Assembly (NCBI GenBank): GCA_965219685.1
Contig: CBDCOH010000002.1
Span: 928,001-992,000, forward strand
Origin: Candidatus Spongiisociaceae bacterium
GTDB lineage: Bacteria > Actinomycetota > Acidimicrobiia > Spongiisociales > Spongiisociaceae
Direction: 5' to 3'
DNA: 64,000 nucleotides
The notes beneath the pieces were generated by a model. It searched no databases, was not told where the DNA came from, and worked only from the letters and a program-made list of their open reading frames with translations. The position numbers and the translations under genes were made by a program. Each line of letters starts with the position of its first letter. Position 1 is the first letter of the stretch. Of the stretch, positions 29,806 to 40,493 are shown in pieces.

Positions 29806-31167
29806 TCAGCTGTCGGCGCGCGCGGGGAGGCGTTGGATGATCACGTCCAGCAGCTCTGCGGTCAGTCCGAGCGAACGAACCCCGATGCGTTCGTCGTTGC
29901 CGTGGAACATGCCCAGGAAGTCGCTGAACGGCACCCGGTCGTCGAAGAGGCCTACGCCGTAGGCCTTGACTCCCTTGGCCCGGAAGAAGCGGGCGTCGGT
30001 CGTGGCCGGTGTCATCGCCGGCACGACCCTCCGGCTCCCGGTCAGCGACTCGTAGGCGTCTCCGATCGCCTCCCAGAGTGGTCCCTCGGCGGCCGATGAG
30101 TTGGCCGGGTAATGGATCACCTTCTCTACGTCGACCTCGTCGTAGAGGGGTCCGAGCACCTTGCGGAGGTGGTCCTCCACGACCTGCTCCGTCTGGCCGG
30201 GCAGGACTCTCATGTCGAGCGTCGTGTCGGCCCGGTCGGCGACGGTGTTGGCCTTGGCTCCCCCGCTGACCAGGTTAGGACTGAGGGTCAGGTGGGTGCA
30301 GGCATGAACCCAGCGCGCCAGCAACGGATCCTCCACCGCCATCCGATCGATCTCGAAGTCGATCCGGTCGGGATCGAGGAGGGCGGCTACGCGTTCGGCG
30401 TCCCATCCGATCCCCTCCACGAACATGCGCCACTCGGGTGTCAACTCGACGGGGCTACCGGAGCCGGCGAGGGCGACGATGGCTTCGGCCACCTTGACCA
30501 CCGCGTTGTCCGTCCCGTAGGGCTGGCTGCCATGCGACGGGACCCCCGCACCGTGTAGGATCCTCCAGCAGGGTCCCTTCTCGGCGACCTTCACCGGATG
30601 GACGGGGGGTCGGCCGGGCTCGCGGACGGACGGGTAGGCGATCTCGGTCAGGACGTAGTCGCACTCGAGCATCTCCGGCCGGTTGTCCATGATCCAGCCC
30701 GCCCCGAGCCCGCCTCCCTGCTCCTCGTCCGCCACCCCCAGATACAGCAGATCACCCGCTGGCCGGCGGTTCCCCAGCAGGTAGGGCTTGAACACCACCG
30801 CCATGGCGGCGGTCACGTTAAGCATGTCGACTGCTCCGCGGCCCCACACCATTCCGTCCACGACCTCCGCCCCGAACGGGTCGACCGACCATCCCTCCTC
30901 GGTTACCGGCACCACATCGAGGTGTCCCATCAGCAGGAGGGCCGGCGCACCGGGGTCGGTACCCGGGACCCGGTAGACGATGCTCTGGCGCCCCGGCGCA
31001 GGCTCCATCACCTCGCCGGAGACGCCGAAGTACTCCTCGAGGGTCGCCACCGACCTTGCCTCGTGGCCGGACTGGGGCGTCCCGTCGTTCACGCAGCGGT
31101 TCCGGATGAGGGCTTGAAGGAGTTCGAGCACCTCGCCCTGCCTGCTCGTGATCGCGGCGTCGCTCAT
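29806..31167 (-). CDS. M20/M25/M40 family metallopeptidase
   Basis: MGHLDVVP, WGRGAVDM, ADEEQGG, TDARFF and FHGNDERI. Confidence 0.9.
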   Translation of the reverse strand: MSDAAITSRQGEVLELLQALIRNRCVNDGTPQSGHEARSVATLEEYFGVSGEVMEPAPGRQSIVYRVPGTDPGAPALLLMGHLDVVPVTEEGWSVDPFGAEVVDGMVWGRGAVDMLNVTAAMAVVFKPYLLGNRRPAGDLLYLGVADEEQGGGLGAGWIMDNRPEMLECDYVLTEIAYPSVREPGRPPVHPVKVAEKGPCWRILHGAGVPSHGSQPYGTDNAVVKVAEAIVALAGSGSPVELTPEWRMFVEGIGWDAERVAALLDPDRIDFEIDRMAVEDPLLARWVHACTHLTLSPNLVSGGAKANTVADRADTTLDMRVLPGQTEQVVEDHLRKVLGPLYDEVDVEKVIHYPANSSAAEGPLWEAIGDAYESLTGSRRVVPAMTPATTDARFFRAKGVKAYGVGLFDDRVPFSDFLGMFHGNDERIGVRSLGLTAELLDVIIQRLPARADS

Positions 31168-31577
31168 ATCCCGAGCTTCTCCAACAGGTCGTACATCGTG
31201 GGGGTCAGGGTCAGCGACCGCAGTTCCTCGAGCGGCACGAAAGCCGCCGCTGCTGCGTCGTCCCCCGCGGCCAGATCGCCGCCCACCACCTTGCCCGCAT
31301 AGTCGACGATCACCACATGATGCTCAGGGGGATCACCCTCCCCGAGCGCCTCGCCGAGCCACACCACCCGTCCGAGTTCGACCTCGAGACCGGTCTCCTC
31401 CCTGATCTCGCGCACCGCGGCCTCGGTGAGGGGTTCCCCGTACCGGACCTTCCCTCCTGGTACGGCCCACGATCCCACCAGAGGCCCGCTGCCCCGCTCG
31501 ACCACCAACATCCGGCCGCGGTCGATGACGACCACCCCCACCCCGACCACGGGAGCCCGCTCGTCGGCGGCTGTCAT
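31164..31577 (-). CDS. NUDIX hydrolase
   Basis: Nudix box PGGKVRYGEPLTEAAVREIREETGL. Confidence 0.92.
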   Translation of the reverse strand: MTAADERAPVVGVGVVVIDRGRMLVVERGSGPLVGSWAVPGGKVRYGEPLTEAAVREIREETGLEVELGRVVWLGEALGEGDPPEHHVVIVDYAGKVVGGDLAAGDDAAAAAFVPLEELRSLTLTPTMYDLLEKLGI

Positions 31578-32098
31578 CGGTTCGCCCTGAAGGTCGCTCC
31601 GATCCGGCGCCCGCCGTCGGGCCGGTCGCTGTGGTGCATCACGATCGAGCGCGCCGAGAAGCCTCCCGCCTCGAAGAAGTTCTTGGCGAGGCGGTGTCCG
31701 GGCAGCACGTGGGCGTCGAACAGTTCGTGGCCCAGGCTGCGAAAGTCGTCCATCAGGGTGTCACGCATGATCTCCCCGACCCCTACGCCGCGGGCCTGCT
31801 CCTCCACGAACACCAGCCTGATCGCCGCGATCATCGTGTTGCCCTCGTGGGCGAGCATGGACTCGGAGCGCCCGTAGATGAAGCCCAGCGGGTAGCCGTC
31901 GACCTCACCCAGGTAGAGCCTGGAAACGCGGTCGTCGATCCGGGCGAGCAGGGACTCCTCGACCGGTTCCTCGAGGCCGTCGGCGCGGGGCCACATGGGA
32001 TGGATGGCCACCATCTCGGCTTCCAACCTACGATATAGATGGACAAGAACGTCCAAGTCCTCGGCTCGGGCGAGCCGGGCGGTAACCGAGATACCCAT
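31574..32098 (-). CDS. GNAT family acetyltransferase
   Basis: VFVEEQARGVGVG motif A and AKNFFEAGGF. Start uncertain (32098 or 32122). Confidence 0.85.
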   Translation of the reverse strand: MGISVTARLARAEDLDVLVHLYRRLEAEMVAIHPMWPRADGLEEPVEESLLARIDDRVSRLYLGEVDGYPLGFIYGRSESMLAHEGNTMIAAIRLVFVEEQARGVGVGEIMRDTLMDDFRSLGHELFDAHVLPGHRLAKNFFEAGGFSARSIVMHHSDRPDGGRRIGATFRANR

Positions 32099-32162
32099 CT
32101 TGGTGGATGAGGCTAGCCGCAAGTGGACGACCGGTCGTTCACTCGAGGATCCGGCGCCGTGC

Positions 32163-32519
32163 TCAGACGCAGTCGACGCAGAGCACGTTCTGGCGGTCCG
32201 CCAACTGCACGTTCTTGAGGAGCAGGAAGCAGGATCGGCAGACGAACTCGTCGCCCCGCCGGGACTGGGCGCTCATGTCGAAGGCCACTTCCTCCCGGCG
32301 GATCGCCATGATCTCCGACGCTTCGTCGACCAGGATCGTGGCCGACTCGTTGGTTTCCACCGTCTCCAGTTCCTCGGCCTCGAGAGCGTCGAGGGTCACC
32401 GTGCCGTTGTCCGCCTCATCGTTTTCATCGTCCAAGTCGGAGTCCTCTGCGTACGTCTTTCCCGTGTCCCGATCGTCCCCGTCCTCGAACGGATCCCTGG
32501 TGGCGTCATTCTCTTGCAC
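32163..32519 (-). CDS. DUF4193 family protein
   Basis: Acidic N-terminus and EFVCRSCFLL...QLA....CVDC. TATACT lies 9 nt before GTG 32519. Confidence 0.8.
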   Translation of the reverse strand: MQENDATRDPFEDGDDRDTGKTYAEDSDLDDENDEADNGTVTLDALEAEELETVETNESATILVDEASEIMAIRREEVAFDMSAQSRRGDEFVCRSCFLLLKNVQLADRQNVLCVDCV

Positions 32520-32644
32520 GGCGGCGAGAGTATAGACGCGGGGCGCGTCCGGCGCGGAAACTACCTGCGTGCGGACGGGTGGTGGAGACACTACTCCGGA
32601 ACTGTCCATCCTGTGAAAGCGGGTCCCGCTCCGGGAGGTCGGGG

Positions 32645-33529
32645 TCAGATCTTCAGCCAGATCCGGCCCGCCTGGAGGCGTACCAGCAGAGGCGTGGTGC
32701 CGAGCGGTTCGCCATCGGCCTCGACGGGCCACGGTTCCGCGGTCTCGACCCGGACCTCCCCCGCTACGAACCGCCTCACCGACGGTTCCGTGAGGTGATG
32801 CCCTCCGCGAGCCTTGGGCATCAACCTGGCCACCTCCCGTTTGGCGGCCGTGATCACCTGCACGTCCAGCAGTTGGTCCACCATGGAGGCACGGGGGGCG
32901 ATGTTGAAACCGCCTCCGAAGAACTGTCCGTTGGCGAACACCGCGGTGAGTGCCCTACCCCGGAAGCTGCGGCCCTCGGCGTCGAGCGAGATCTCGGTCA
33001 TCCGGAAGCGTGGAAGTGACGCAGCCACCCCTCCCACGTAGCGGAACGTCCCCAACCAGCCCGGCAGCCGGTACGAGGCGGCGGCCGCGGCGGCCGTGGC
33101 GCCGATGCTGGCCACGTTCAGGAAGTACCTCCTGCCCCACTCCCCGATCGCCAGTCCGACATCGACCGGGTAGGTGGAATCCCCGGCTAGGCGGTCGGCG
33201 GCGGGCCCGATCCGGTTCCCGAGGCCGAAGGTCCGGAGCAGGTCGCAGCCGGTTCCGGTGGGCAGGATCCCGAGGACGGGCCGGGACTCCCATTCGTGGG
33301 TCATCAACGCGTTCAGTACGGCGTTGACCGTTCCGTCGCCTCCCACCGCCACGAAGCGGGTCCGCCGCTCCGCGGCCGCCCCGGCCACTGCTCGGCGCAG
33401 GGCGTCCAGGCCGTCCACCTCCGTCACCTCGGCCGGTATGTCCCGGCTGCCCAGTGCTACCTCGACGCGGGACTTGGCGAGGCGGCCGCGAGCGGCGTGG
33501 GGGTTGACCAGTACCAGCCAGGGTGTCAT
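32645..33529 (-). CDS. Diacylglycerol/lipid kinase family protein (YegS/DAGK)
   Basis: VNPHA, GGDGTVN, PTGTGCD, NGQFFGGG and ADGE. Confidence 0.9.
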   Translation of the reverse strand: MTPWLVLVNPHAARGRLAKSRVEVALGSRDIPAEVTEVDGLDALRRAVAGAAAERRTRFVAVGGDGTVNAVLNALMTHEWESRPVLGILPTGTGCDLLRTFGLGNRIGPAADRLAGDSTYPVDVGLAIGEWGRRYFLNVASIGATAAAAAASYRLPGWLGTFRYVGGVAASLPRFRMTEISLDAEGRSFRGRALTAVFANGQFFGGGFNIAPRASMVDQLLDVQVITAAKREVARLMPKARGGHHLTEPSVRRFVAGEVRVETAEPWPVEADGEPLGTTPLLVRLQAGRIWLKI

Positions 33530-35571
33530 ACCACTCCTCCGGCGGCGACCACCCCCCGGTCCATCCCGGCGTGCAGCGGACCGATCACACGACCGAGTCG
33601 TCCTATTCCCAGGATCTCGGCGGCATCCCTTATCTGGCGTAACACGTCGAGCAGTTGGCGCGCGTTCCTCACGAAGTCGCCAGGGTCCAAAGTTTCCTCT
33701 TCGAGTAGAACCTCAAGGTCAAGGTCCCTCGCCCATGCGTAGGCGAGGTATCCGAATCCGGCTTCCGGGGGTCGGGTGGCGGGAAGGCGGTGGGCTCTCT
33801 CGGCGGATGTGTGCGCGTCCCAGAGGGCCATCAGGCTCCCCCAGCGCCGCTCCAGCCGGTCGGTCGGCCAGGGCTCGGGCGAATCCGACTCCCGGCGCGG
33901 TTCGTAGACGAAGGCCGATACCGAGGCGGCCAGTTCCGGAGCGGTGAGGTCCGTCAGTAGGCCGGTCCGGATGGCCTCGACGAGCAGGAAGTCCATCTCG
34001 TTGTAGACCTTGCGTAGGGCCTCGCCCGGTGGGCGAAGCGTCCACCCGTCGACGTACCCTCGGTCCTCGAGCAGGCGCCGGGCGCGGTGGAATCTACTCA
34101 CCAGGCCGCCCGCTGCACCCGGGCCGTGGCTCGGGGCACCCTGGCGGTTCGGGGGTCGCCCACGGCCGCCGCGGCGCCGCTGGAACTCAGCGAACGAGGC
34201 TTCCAGGAGCCGCTCGGCCTGGCGCCGGGGGTAGTTGGCGATCAGGTTCACGACCATGTTGTACGTGGGCCGGAAGCTGGACCGCAGCGGATGGCTTCCC
34301 AGATCCGCGATCGACACCATCCTCTCGAATGGGACGTAAGGGGAGTGCAGCACCACGCTGTGACCCACGCTGTCGATTCCGCGGCGTCCCGCCCGCCCGC
34401 TCAGCTGGGTGAACTCGCCGGGGAGCATCAGTTCGTGTCCCTCCCCGGTGAACTTGGAGAGCCGGTCCAGCACCACGGTCCGGGCCGGCATGTTGATTCC
34501 GAGGGCCAGGGTCTCGGTGGCGAACACCAGCTTCACGAAGCCGTCGCAGAAGAGCTGTTCGGTCACCTCCTTGAAGGCTGGCACCAGTCCCGCGTGATGG
34601 GCCGCCACTCCCTTCTCGAGGGCCGCCAGCCACTGCCCGTAACCGAGAGCCCTCAGGTCGGACGCGTCGATGTGCGCGGTTCCCTCCTCGGCCTGGCGCC
34701 GGATCTCCTCCCGTTCCGAGTCGTCGGTCAGCCGGATCCCGGTTCCGGCGACGCGCGAGGCTGCTTCGTCGCAGCCGATCCGCGAGAAGACGAAGTAGAT
34801 GGCCGGAAGCATGTTCAGGAACTCCAGGTGCTCCACCAGTTCCAGGCGTTTCGGGGTGCCGAACCTACGGCGGCGCCCGCCCCGACGGGACAGCAGGCGG
34901 GTAATCGACCGGTTCGGCCTCAGCCCCCCTGCCGTGTCCACGAACAGGGGCAGCACGTGGACCTCCTTGCTGTAGCGGTCCCAGACCGCCCACCACCTCT
35001 CGAGCCGGACCGGCCGGTGGTCCTCGATCACCAACTCCGTGCGGCCGCGCCGGGCCCGAAGCCATTCGGTGAACTCGTCGGCGTTGGCCACGGTGGCCGA
35101 CAGGCAGACCAGGCCGATGTGGCGGGGGGCATGGATGATCACCTCCTCCCACACCGCCCCGCGAAACCGGTCCTGCAGGTAGTGGACCTCGTCGAGCACC
35201 ACGGTGTCGACCGCGGCCAGATCGGAGCCGGCGTAGATCATGTTCCGGAGCACTTCGGTGGTCATCACCACGACCGGTGCTCCGTTGTTGATGGTGTTGT
35301 CCCCGGTCAGCAGCCCCACCCGGTCGGGTCCGTAGGCGTCGACGAAGTCCCGGTACTTCTGATTGGACAGCGCCTTCAGGGGGGTGGTGTAGAACACGCG
35401 CCTCCCTCTCTCAAGGCTCAGATGGACGGCCGCCTCCGCCACGAGCGTTTTTCCCGCTCCGGTGGGCGCGGTCACCACCACCGACCCTCCCCGCTCGACC
35501 GCCTCGGCCGCGAGCGCCTGGAAGGGATCGGGGGTGAACGGGAGGGACTCGAAGAACCGGTGGACTCTCAC
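33526..35571 (-). CDS. helY: Ski2-like DEAD/DEAH RNA helicase HelY (short form)
   Basis: APTGAGKT, TPLKALSNQKY, DEVH, LSAT, ATETLALGINMPA, QLSGRAGRRG, DSHCT-like C-terminus; tatC-helY synteny. Confidence 0.9.
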   Translation of the reverse strand: MRVHRFFESLPFTPDPFQALAAEAVERGGSVVVTAPTGAGKTLVAEAAVHLSLERGRRVFYTTPLKALSNQKYRDFVDAYGPDRVGLLTGDNTINNGAPVVVMTTEVLRNMIYAGSDLAAVDTVVLDEVHYLQDRFRGAVWEEVIIHAPRHIGLVCLSATVANADEFTEWLRARRGRTELVIEDHRPVRLERWWAVWDRYSKEVHVLPLFVDTAGGLRPNRSITRLLSRRGGRRRRFGTPKRLELVEHLEFLNMLPAIYFVFSRIGCDEAASRVAGTGIRLTDDSEREEIRRQAEEGTAHIDASDLRALGYGQWLAALEKGVAAHHAGLVPAFKEVTEQLFCDGFVKLVFATETLALGINMPARTVVLDRLSKFTGEGHELMLPGEFTQLSGRAGRRGIDSVGHSVVLHSPYVPFERMVSIADLGSHPLRSSFRPTYNMVVNLIANYPRRQAERLLEASFAEFQRRRGGRGRPPNRQGAPSHGPGAAGGLVSRFHRARRLLEDRGYVDGWTLRPPGEALRKVYNEMDFLLVEAIRTGLLTDLTAPELAASVSAFVYEPRRESDSPEPWPTDRLERRWGSLMALWDAHTSAERAHRLPATRPPEAGFGYLAYAWARDLDLEVLLEEETLDPGDFVRNARQLLDVLRQIRDAAEILGIGRLGRVIGPLHAGMDRGVVAAGGVV

Positions 35572-36287
35572 TTCTTGAGGGTCCACCTGATTATCCAGAT
35601 GGTGGCCTCGTAGAACACGTACAGGGGCGTGGCGAGCAGGATGAGGGTGACCGGGTCACCCGTCGGGCTCACCACCGCCCCGACCGTCACGATGATCAGC
35701 ACCGCCCAGCGCCGCCCGGAGGCGAGCTTGTCCGAGGTCAACGCGCCGGCGGCGGCGGCGCCGAATAGGAACACGGGGAACTGGAACGAGATCCCGAACA
35801 GCAGCAGGAAGCGGATCACGAACCGCGTGTAGAGCTCTACCGTCCACAGGTTGGTCAACTCGTCGAAGATCGAGACGAGGAAACCGACCGCCCGTGGCAG
35901 GCTCCAGTAGGCGAATCCTACGCCCAGGGAGAAGAGTGTGACCAGGGCTCCCACGACCGGGAAGGCCCACTTGCGTTCCTTGCGGGTGAGGCCCGGGTTT
36001 ATGAACGCCCATGCCTGGAAGAAGATCACGGGGCTGGCCAGGAAGGCACCTCCGAACAGGGACATGCGCATAGCGATGGAGAACTGGTCGGTCGGCCCGG
36101 TGACCACCAGCGTGTCGCCGGTGATGTCGGTGTACGAACGCTGCAGGAGGTCGAGCATGGCATGCCGGAAGAAGAAGGCCACCACCGTCCCCACCGCGAT
36201 GGCGGCCGCTGTCTTGATGATCCTCGTCCGGAGCTCGGTTAGGTGCCCCATGAGGGGCTGGCTCGACGGGTCGGAAGCGTCTGTCAT
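35568..36287 (-). CDS. tatC: Twin-arginine translocase subunit TatC
   Basis: LMGHLTELRTR, PGLTRKE, FGISFQFP and SPTGDP. Confidence 0.95.
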   Translation of the reverse strand: MTDASDPSSQPLMGHLTELRTRIIKTAAAIAVGTVVAFFFRHAMLDLLQRSYTDITGDTLVVTGPTDQFSIAMRMSLFGGAFLASPVIFFQAWAFINPGLTRKERKWAFPVVGALVTLFSLGVGFAYWSLPRAVGFLVSIFDELTNLWTVELYTRFVIRFLLLFGISFQFPVFLFGAAAAGALTSDKLASGRRWAVLIIVTVGAVVSPTGDPVTLILLATPLYVFYEATIWIIRWTLKK

Positions 36288-36925
36288 GCAGCGCCCTGCT
36301 CGGGAACCTCGTCCTCAGGCGCGGTGTCGTCCCTTTCAGTGTCGGTGGCGTCCTCGGTTTCCTGGCGGTCCGCTTCGGCGCCCTCGCCGGGAGGGGGGTG
36401 GACGGTTGCCGGCATCGGGTCGCCCATCCCTTCCCAGACCTTGCTCGGCGAGACCCCCGTGGGCGGGTCCGGGGCGATCCAGCGTGCTTGAGCCTTCTCC
36501 GGAGGGGTGGTTTCGGCAGGGGGCTTCGCCGCGGGGGTCTGTTCGGTCTTGGAGGTCTCCGGTGGGGTGGTTCCGCCGGGGGCTGCGGCGGATGGGCGGG
36601 GCGGTCCGGGCCTGGGCGTCGGTGGCGCCTTGGTCGACTGCCTTATCTCCCGTTCTACGGACTTGGCGGTGTCCGCCGTCTCGGCCAGCGTCCGGCGGAC
36701 ATCGGATACCGGCTTGCGGATATCCTCCTTGATCTCCTTGATCGGTTCACGGAGGGGACCGATCTCATCCTCGATCCCGCGCCGAAGGTCGGTCACCGCC
36801 GCCTTGAGTTCGCGCAGGTATCCCCCGATCGTGCGGGCGATCTCCGGAAGCCGTCCCGGCCCGAAGACGACCAGCGCGATCACCGCGATGGTTAGTATCT
36901 CGGCGCCGCTGAACGAGTCGAACAT
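36284..36925 (-). CDS. tatB: Twin-arginine translocase subunit TatB (TatA/B family)
   Basis: MFD..GAEILTIAVIALVVFGPGRLPEIARTIG, followed by a long low-complexity tail. Confidence 0.85.
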   Translation of the reverse strand: MFDSFSGAEILTIAVIALVVFGPGRLPEIARTIGGYLRELKAAVTDLRRGIEDEIGPLREPIKEIKEDIRKPVSDVRRTLAETADTAKSVEREIRQSTKAPPTPRPGPPRPSAAAPGGTTPPETSKTEQTPAAKPPAETTPPEKAQARWIAPDPPTGVSPSKVWEGMGDPMPATVHPPPGEGAEADRQETEDATDTERDDTAPEDEVPEQGAA

Positions 36926-37037
36926 GGGCTAATGGTACAGGCGTCCCGGTGTCCCGAGTCTCGGGATCGTCACGTCCGGTAGTCGGCCTCGTGGACCTCG
37001 GGCAACGCCTGTGCGTCCATGACCGCCGGCAGGTCCT

Positions 37038-37976
37038 TCAGGCTTCCCCGTAGCGGGCCAGGATCGCCCGACGGAGCCGGTTCACCTCCCGTGCGACCTC
37101 TTCGCCCTCGACCAGACGGGCGTTCTTACCGAGGCGGACCAGCAGGCGAGCCGCCACCCTGGGGTCCGACATGGCGAAACGGACCAGCATCTCTTTCTTC
37201 GTGTCGCGGATGACATCGACCGGGTAGTACTCGGCCACCCAGCGCGACCCGGGGCCGAGGGCGAGTATTGCGTACACGGCGTCCGCGGAGGCGGTGAAAC
37301 CGATGTCCGGATGCTCGACCTCTTTCGGCCGGTCGAAGGTCTGCGGTCGCTCCTCGAGCGATCTGATCCGGTCGACACGGAACGTCCGTAGGTCCTCGGC
37401 GAGCCGGCAGCGGGCCGACAGGTACCACCGGCCCATGGATGCGTACACCAGCAACGGCTCTACATCCCTGGTAGTGGTTCGGTTGGTACCGACCGCCAGG
37501 TAGGTGATTCCCACCACCTTCCCTTCGTCGGCCGCACGGCGCAGGGTTTCCAGGTGTTCGGGTTCGGCCGGAAGTTCCGCTCCTATGGCTCCGGAAGCCT
37601 CGGGGAGCACGGTCGACGCCAGTTTGTCCACCGCTCTGGTCAGGGCGGGGTTCGCCTGGCTGGTACCGGCTACCGCCATACCGGCGCTCAGCAGGCCGAG
37701 CGCCTCGGGCGGGGTGAGCCGGAGCGGTCGGGCGAAGTAATCGGCCATGTCGAGGATCACCCGGTCATCGTCGATGAAGGCCACCATCAGATCGCCGGGT
37801 CCGTACCCGGGGACACCGCACACGAAGAGGAGGGCTAGGTCGGCGGCCAGTTGGGACTCGGACTTGTACCCGAACCGCTCCATGACCTCCGCCACACGCG
37901 GGTACGGATGGGCGATGACCCACGGGACCATGGACAGGATCCGGGTGAGCCGACGCTGTGTGGCAGCCGCGGTCAC
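37038..37976 (-). CDS. pafC: WYL-domain regulator PafC
   Basis: RLTRILSMVPW, CGVPGYGPGDL, RPLRLTPPEA and WYL...RTFRVDRI. Confidence 0.92.
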   Translation of the reverse strand: MTAAATQRRLTRILSMVPWVIAHPYPRVAEVMERFGYKSESQLAADLALLFVCGVPGYGPGDLMVAFIDDDRVILDMADYFARPLRLTPPEALGLLSAGMAVAGTSQANPALTRAVDKLASTVLPEASGAIGAELPAEPEHLETLRRAADEGKVVGITYLAVGTNRTTTRDVEPLLVYASMGRWYLSARCRLAEDLRTFRVDRIRSLEERPQTFDRPKEVEHPDIGFTASADAVYAILALGPGSRWVAEYYPVDVIRDTKKEMLVRFAMSDPRVAARLLVRLGKNARLVEGEEVAREVNRLRRAILARYGEA

Positions 37977-38902
37977 GGGTGTTCCCTCACCCGGCGGATA
38001 AGTTCGGTTCTCAGGTCAGGCGGGTCGAGGATGACCGCAGCGTCGTCCATGTCCAGTATCAGATCGACGAACGAGTCCGTCACCGAGTACGGGATGTCCA
38101 TGACTATGGAGCCCTCCGGAGCGCGGTCGACCACCCGGGCATCCGGGAAACGGTTCTCGGCCCACCAGGCTACGTCGGGGTCCCAGCGGACTCGGGCCAC
38201 CGACCGTTCCGAGCCCTGCTCCCAAGGGAGCGACGAGAGTATGTCCCGGGCCGAGAAGTCCTGAGGGCGTTCGAAGGCCCCTGGCGGACCCACCACCTCC
38301 ATCTCGGTCGCCCGGTCCAACCGGTAGGTGCGTACAGCGCCCGGGCGTCCCGGCTCTGCCCCTGCGAAGTACCAGTGGCCTCTCTGATGCCGCATCCCGT
38401 ACGGTGCGAGGGTCCGGGACCGGCCCCGGTACGCGAACCGCAACATGGCGCGGTCGAGCACCGACTCGAAGACGAGACCCAGCATGCTGCTTCCCAGGCC
38501 AAGGTCGGCGCCCACCGGTGTCCCGGACTCGACGAACCGGGCGCCTCCCAGCTTCAGGAGAGCGTCGGATCCGGCCGGCCACCCCCCGCTGCGCACCATG
38601 TGAACCGCCAGCGCAAGGGCGGTTCTCTCCTCCTCTGTCAGGCCCGGATCGATCGTGCGGTAGTTCTCGTCGGGTATCACATATCCCCACTCCACCTCCC
38701 ACGCGTCCGTGGGCTGGAGTTCCATCGAGATTCCCAGCCGGCGCAGGCTGTCCTTGTCCCGCTCGAACATCCGGTGGAAGGCCTGATCGGAACGGTTCCC
38801 GTAACCGGCCACCTTCTGCCTGATCCGGGGGGCGGTGACCGGTCGGTCGGAGTCGAGCAGGAAGGCCAGGAGGTTTATGAGACGTTCGACGACTGTGCTC
38901 AT
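37973..38902 (-). CDS. pafB: WYL-domain regulator PafB
   Basis: ERLINLL, AFHRMFERDKDSLRRLG and GHWY...RTYRLDR. Confidence 0.92.
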   Translation of the reverse strand: MSTVVERLINLLAFLLDSDRPVTAPRIRQKVAGYGNRSDQAFHRMFERDKDSLRRLGISMELQPTDAWEVEWGYVIPDENYRTIDPGLTEEERTALALAVHMVRSGGWPAGSDALLKLGGARFVESGTPVGADLGLGSSMLGLVFESVLDRAMLRFAYRGRSRTLAPYGMRHQRGHWYFAGAEPGRPGAVRTYRLDRATEMEVVGPPGAFERPQDFSARDILSSLPWEQGSERSVARVRWDPDVAWWAENRFPDARVVDRAPEGSIVMDIPYSVTDSFVDLILDMDDAAVILDPPDLRTELIRRVREHP

Positions 38903-38924
38903 TGATCACCGATTCTAGGTGATT

Positions 38925-38996
38925 AGTTCCTAGCCAGTAGTCTATGGGTGTTAGTCAGTGATTGTGGTTAACGTTAGATCGGATCAGTTGCCATCC
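38925..38996. repeat. Dispersed ~72-bp intergenic element, copy 1
   Basis: Aligns by eye with 47504-47576 (AGTTCCTAGYCAGTAGTCT...GATCAGTTRCCATCC). Confidence 0.7.
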
Positions 38997-39073
38997 GCCA
39001 TTGACGGTGCGTGAACCGCCGCAGATACCCGACTCGTGGCCGCCGCCTCGGCCGAGCACCGGCCCGGCGGCGT

Positions 39074-40429
39074 CTATAGGCTGGCGATGAGTCGGGCCAC
39101 CCGCTCGTCCGTCGCCTTGAACGGGTCCTTGCAGAGGACGGTCCTCTGCGCCTGGTCGTTCAGCTTCAGATGTACCCAGTCGACGGTGAAGTCCCGCTTC
39201 CGTGCCTTGGCCGCCGAGATGAACTCGCCCCTGAGGCGCGCTCTGGTCGTCTGGGGAGGCTTCTTGACCGCACCGGCGATGGCGGCGTCTGTCACCAGAC
39301 GGTCGACCAGCCCTCGCTGCGCGAGCAGGTAATACAGGCCCCGAGCTTCGGTCACGTCGTGATAGCTCAGGTCGAGCAGCATTATGCGGGAGTCCGAGAG
39401 GCCGAGCCCGTGCTTGAGACGGTACCGGTCGATCAGGTGGTACTTGGTGACCCAGTCGACCTCCCGGTGGAGCGAGAGGGGGTCCTTCTCCAGGCCGGTC
39501 AGGAGGTGCTCCCACATCTCGACCGCCTTCTGGACCGCCGGTGCGAAGCCCGGGCTCCGCCCGAAACGGATGATCCGCTCCAGGTACTCCCACTGGATGT
39601 CGAGCGCGGAGAGCTCCCGCCCGTTGGCGAGCCGTACGGTCCGGCGGCAGGTCGGGTCCTGGCTGATCTGGCGTATGGCCCGGATCGGATTGGCGAGGGT
39701 CATGTCCCTGAAGACGGCGTTGGCCTCGATCATCTCGAGCAGTGCCACGGTTGCGCCCACCTTTATGAAAGTGGCGTACTCGCTCATGTTCGAGTCGCCC
39801 GCGATGACGTGCAGGCGACGGTAGCGCTCGGCATCCGAGTGCGGCTCGTCCCTCGTGTTGATGATCGGCCGGGATCGAGTGGTCGCGGAGGACACCCCTT
39901 CCCAGATGTGGTCCGCCCGCTGGGAGATGGAGAAGACCGGCCCCCGCGCCGTCTGGAGGAGCTTGCCGGCGCCGGAGTAGATCTGGCGGGTCACGAGGTA
40001 GGGGATGAGGATGTCCAGCATCTTCTGGAAGTCGCCCTTCCTTCGCACCAGGTAGTTCTCGTGGCAGCCGTAGGAGTTGCCGGCCGAGTCCGTGTTGTTC
40101 TTGTACAGGAAGATGTCGCCGCGGATTCCCTCCTCCCGCAGCCGCTGCTCGGCGGAGCGCTGCAGGTTCTCCAGGACGCGTTCCCCCGCCTTGTCGTGTG
40201 CGACCAGATCGTGAAGGTCGTCGCACTCGGGAGTGGCGTACTCGGGGTGGCTGCCCACATCGAGGTAGAGGCGGGCCCCGTTCTCGAGGAACACGTTCGA
40301 GGACCGGCCCCATGACACGACGCTGCGGAACAGGTAGCGGGCCACCTCGTCCGGGCTGAGGCGGCGCTGACCCCTCAGTGTGCAAGTTATGCCGAACTCG
40401 TTCTCGAGCCCGAAGATACGCCGCTTCAT
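39074..40429 (-). CDS. pafA: Pup--protein ligase
   Basis: [39 protein letters not shown] and DWVHLKLND. Confidence 0.97.
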   Translation of the reverse strand: MKRRIFGLENEFGITCTLRGQRRLSPDEVARYLFRSVVSWGRSSNVFLENGARLYLDVGSHPEYATPECDDLHDLVAHDKAGERVLENLQRSAEQRLREEGIRGDIFLYKNNTDSAGNSYGCHENYLVRRKGDFQKMLDILIPYLVTRQIYSGAGKLLQTARGPVFSISQRADHIWEGVSSATTRSRPIINTRDEPHSDAERYRRLHVIAGDSNMSEYATFIKVGATVALLEMIEANAVFRDMTLANPIRAIRQISQDPTCRRTVRLANGRELSALDIQWEYLERIIRFGRSPGFAPAVQKAVEMWEHLLTGLEKDPLSLHREVDWVTKYHLIDRYRLKHGLGLSDSRIMLLDLSYHDVTEARGLYYLLAQRGLVDRLVTDAAIAGAVKKPPQTTRARLRGEFISAAKARKRDFTVDWVHLKLNDQAQRTVLCKDPFKATDERVARLIASL

Positions 40430-40493
40430 GACTTCAGGCTAGCCCCGATCGTCGCGCCGGAAGCACTAACCGCCGGCCACCAGCTACCAGCCA

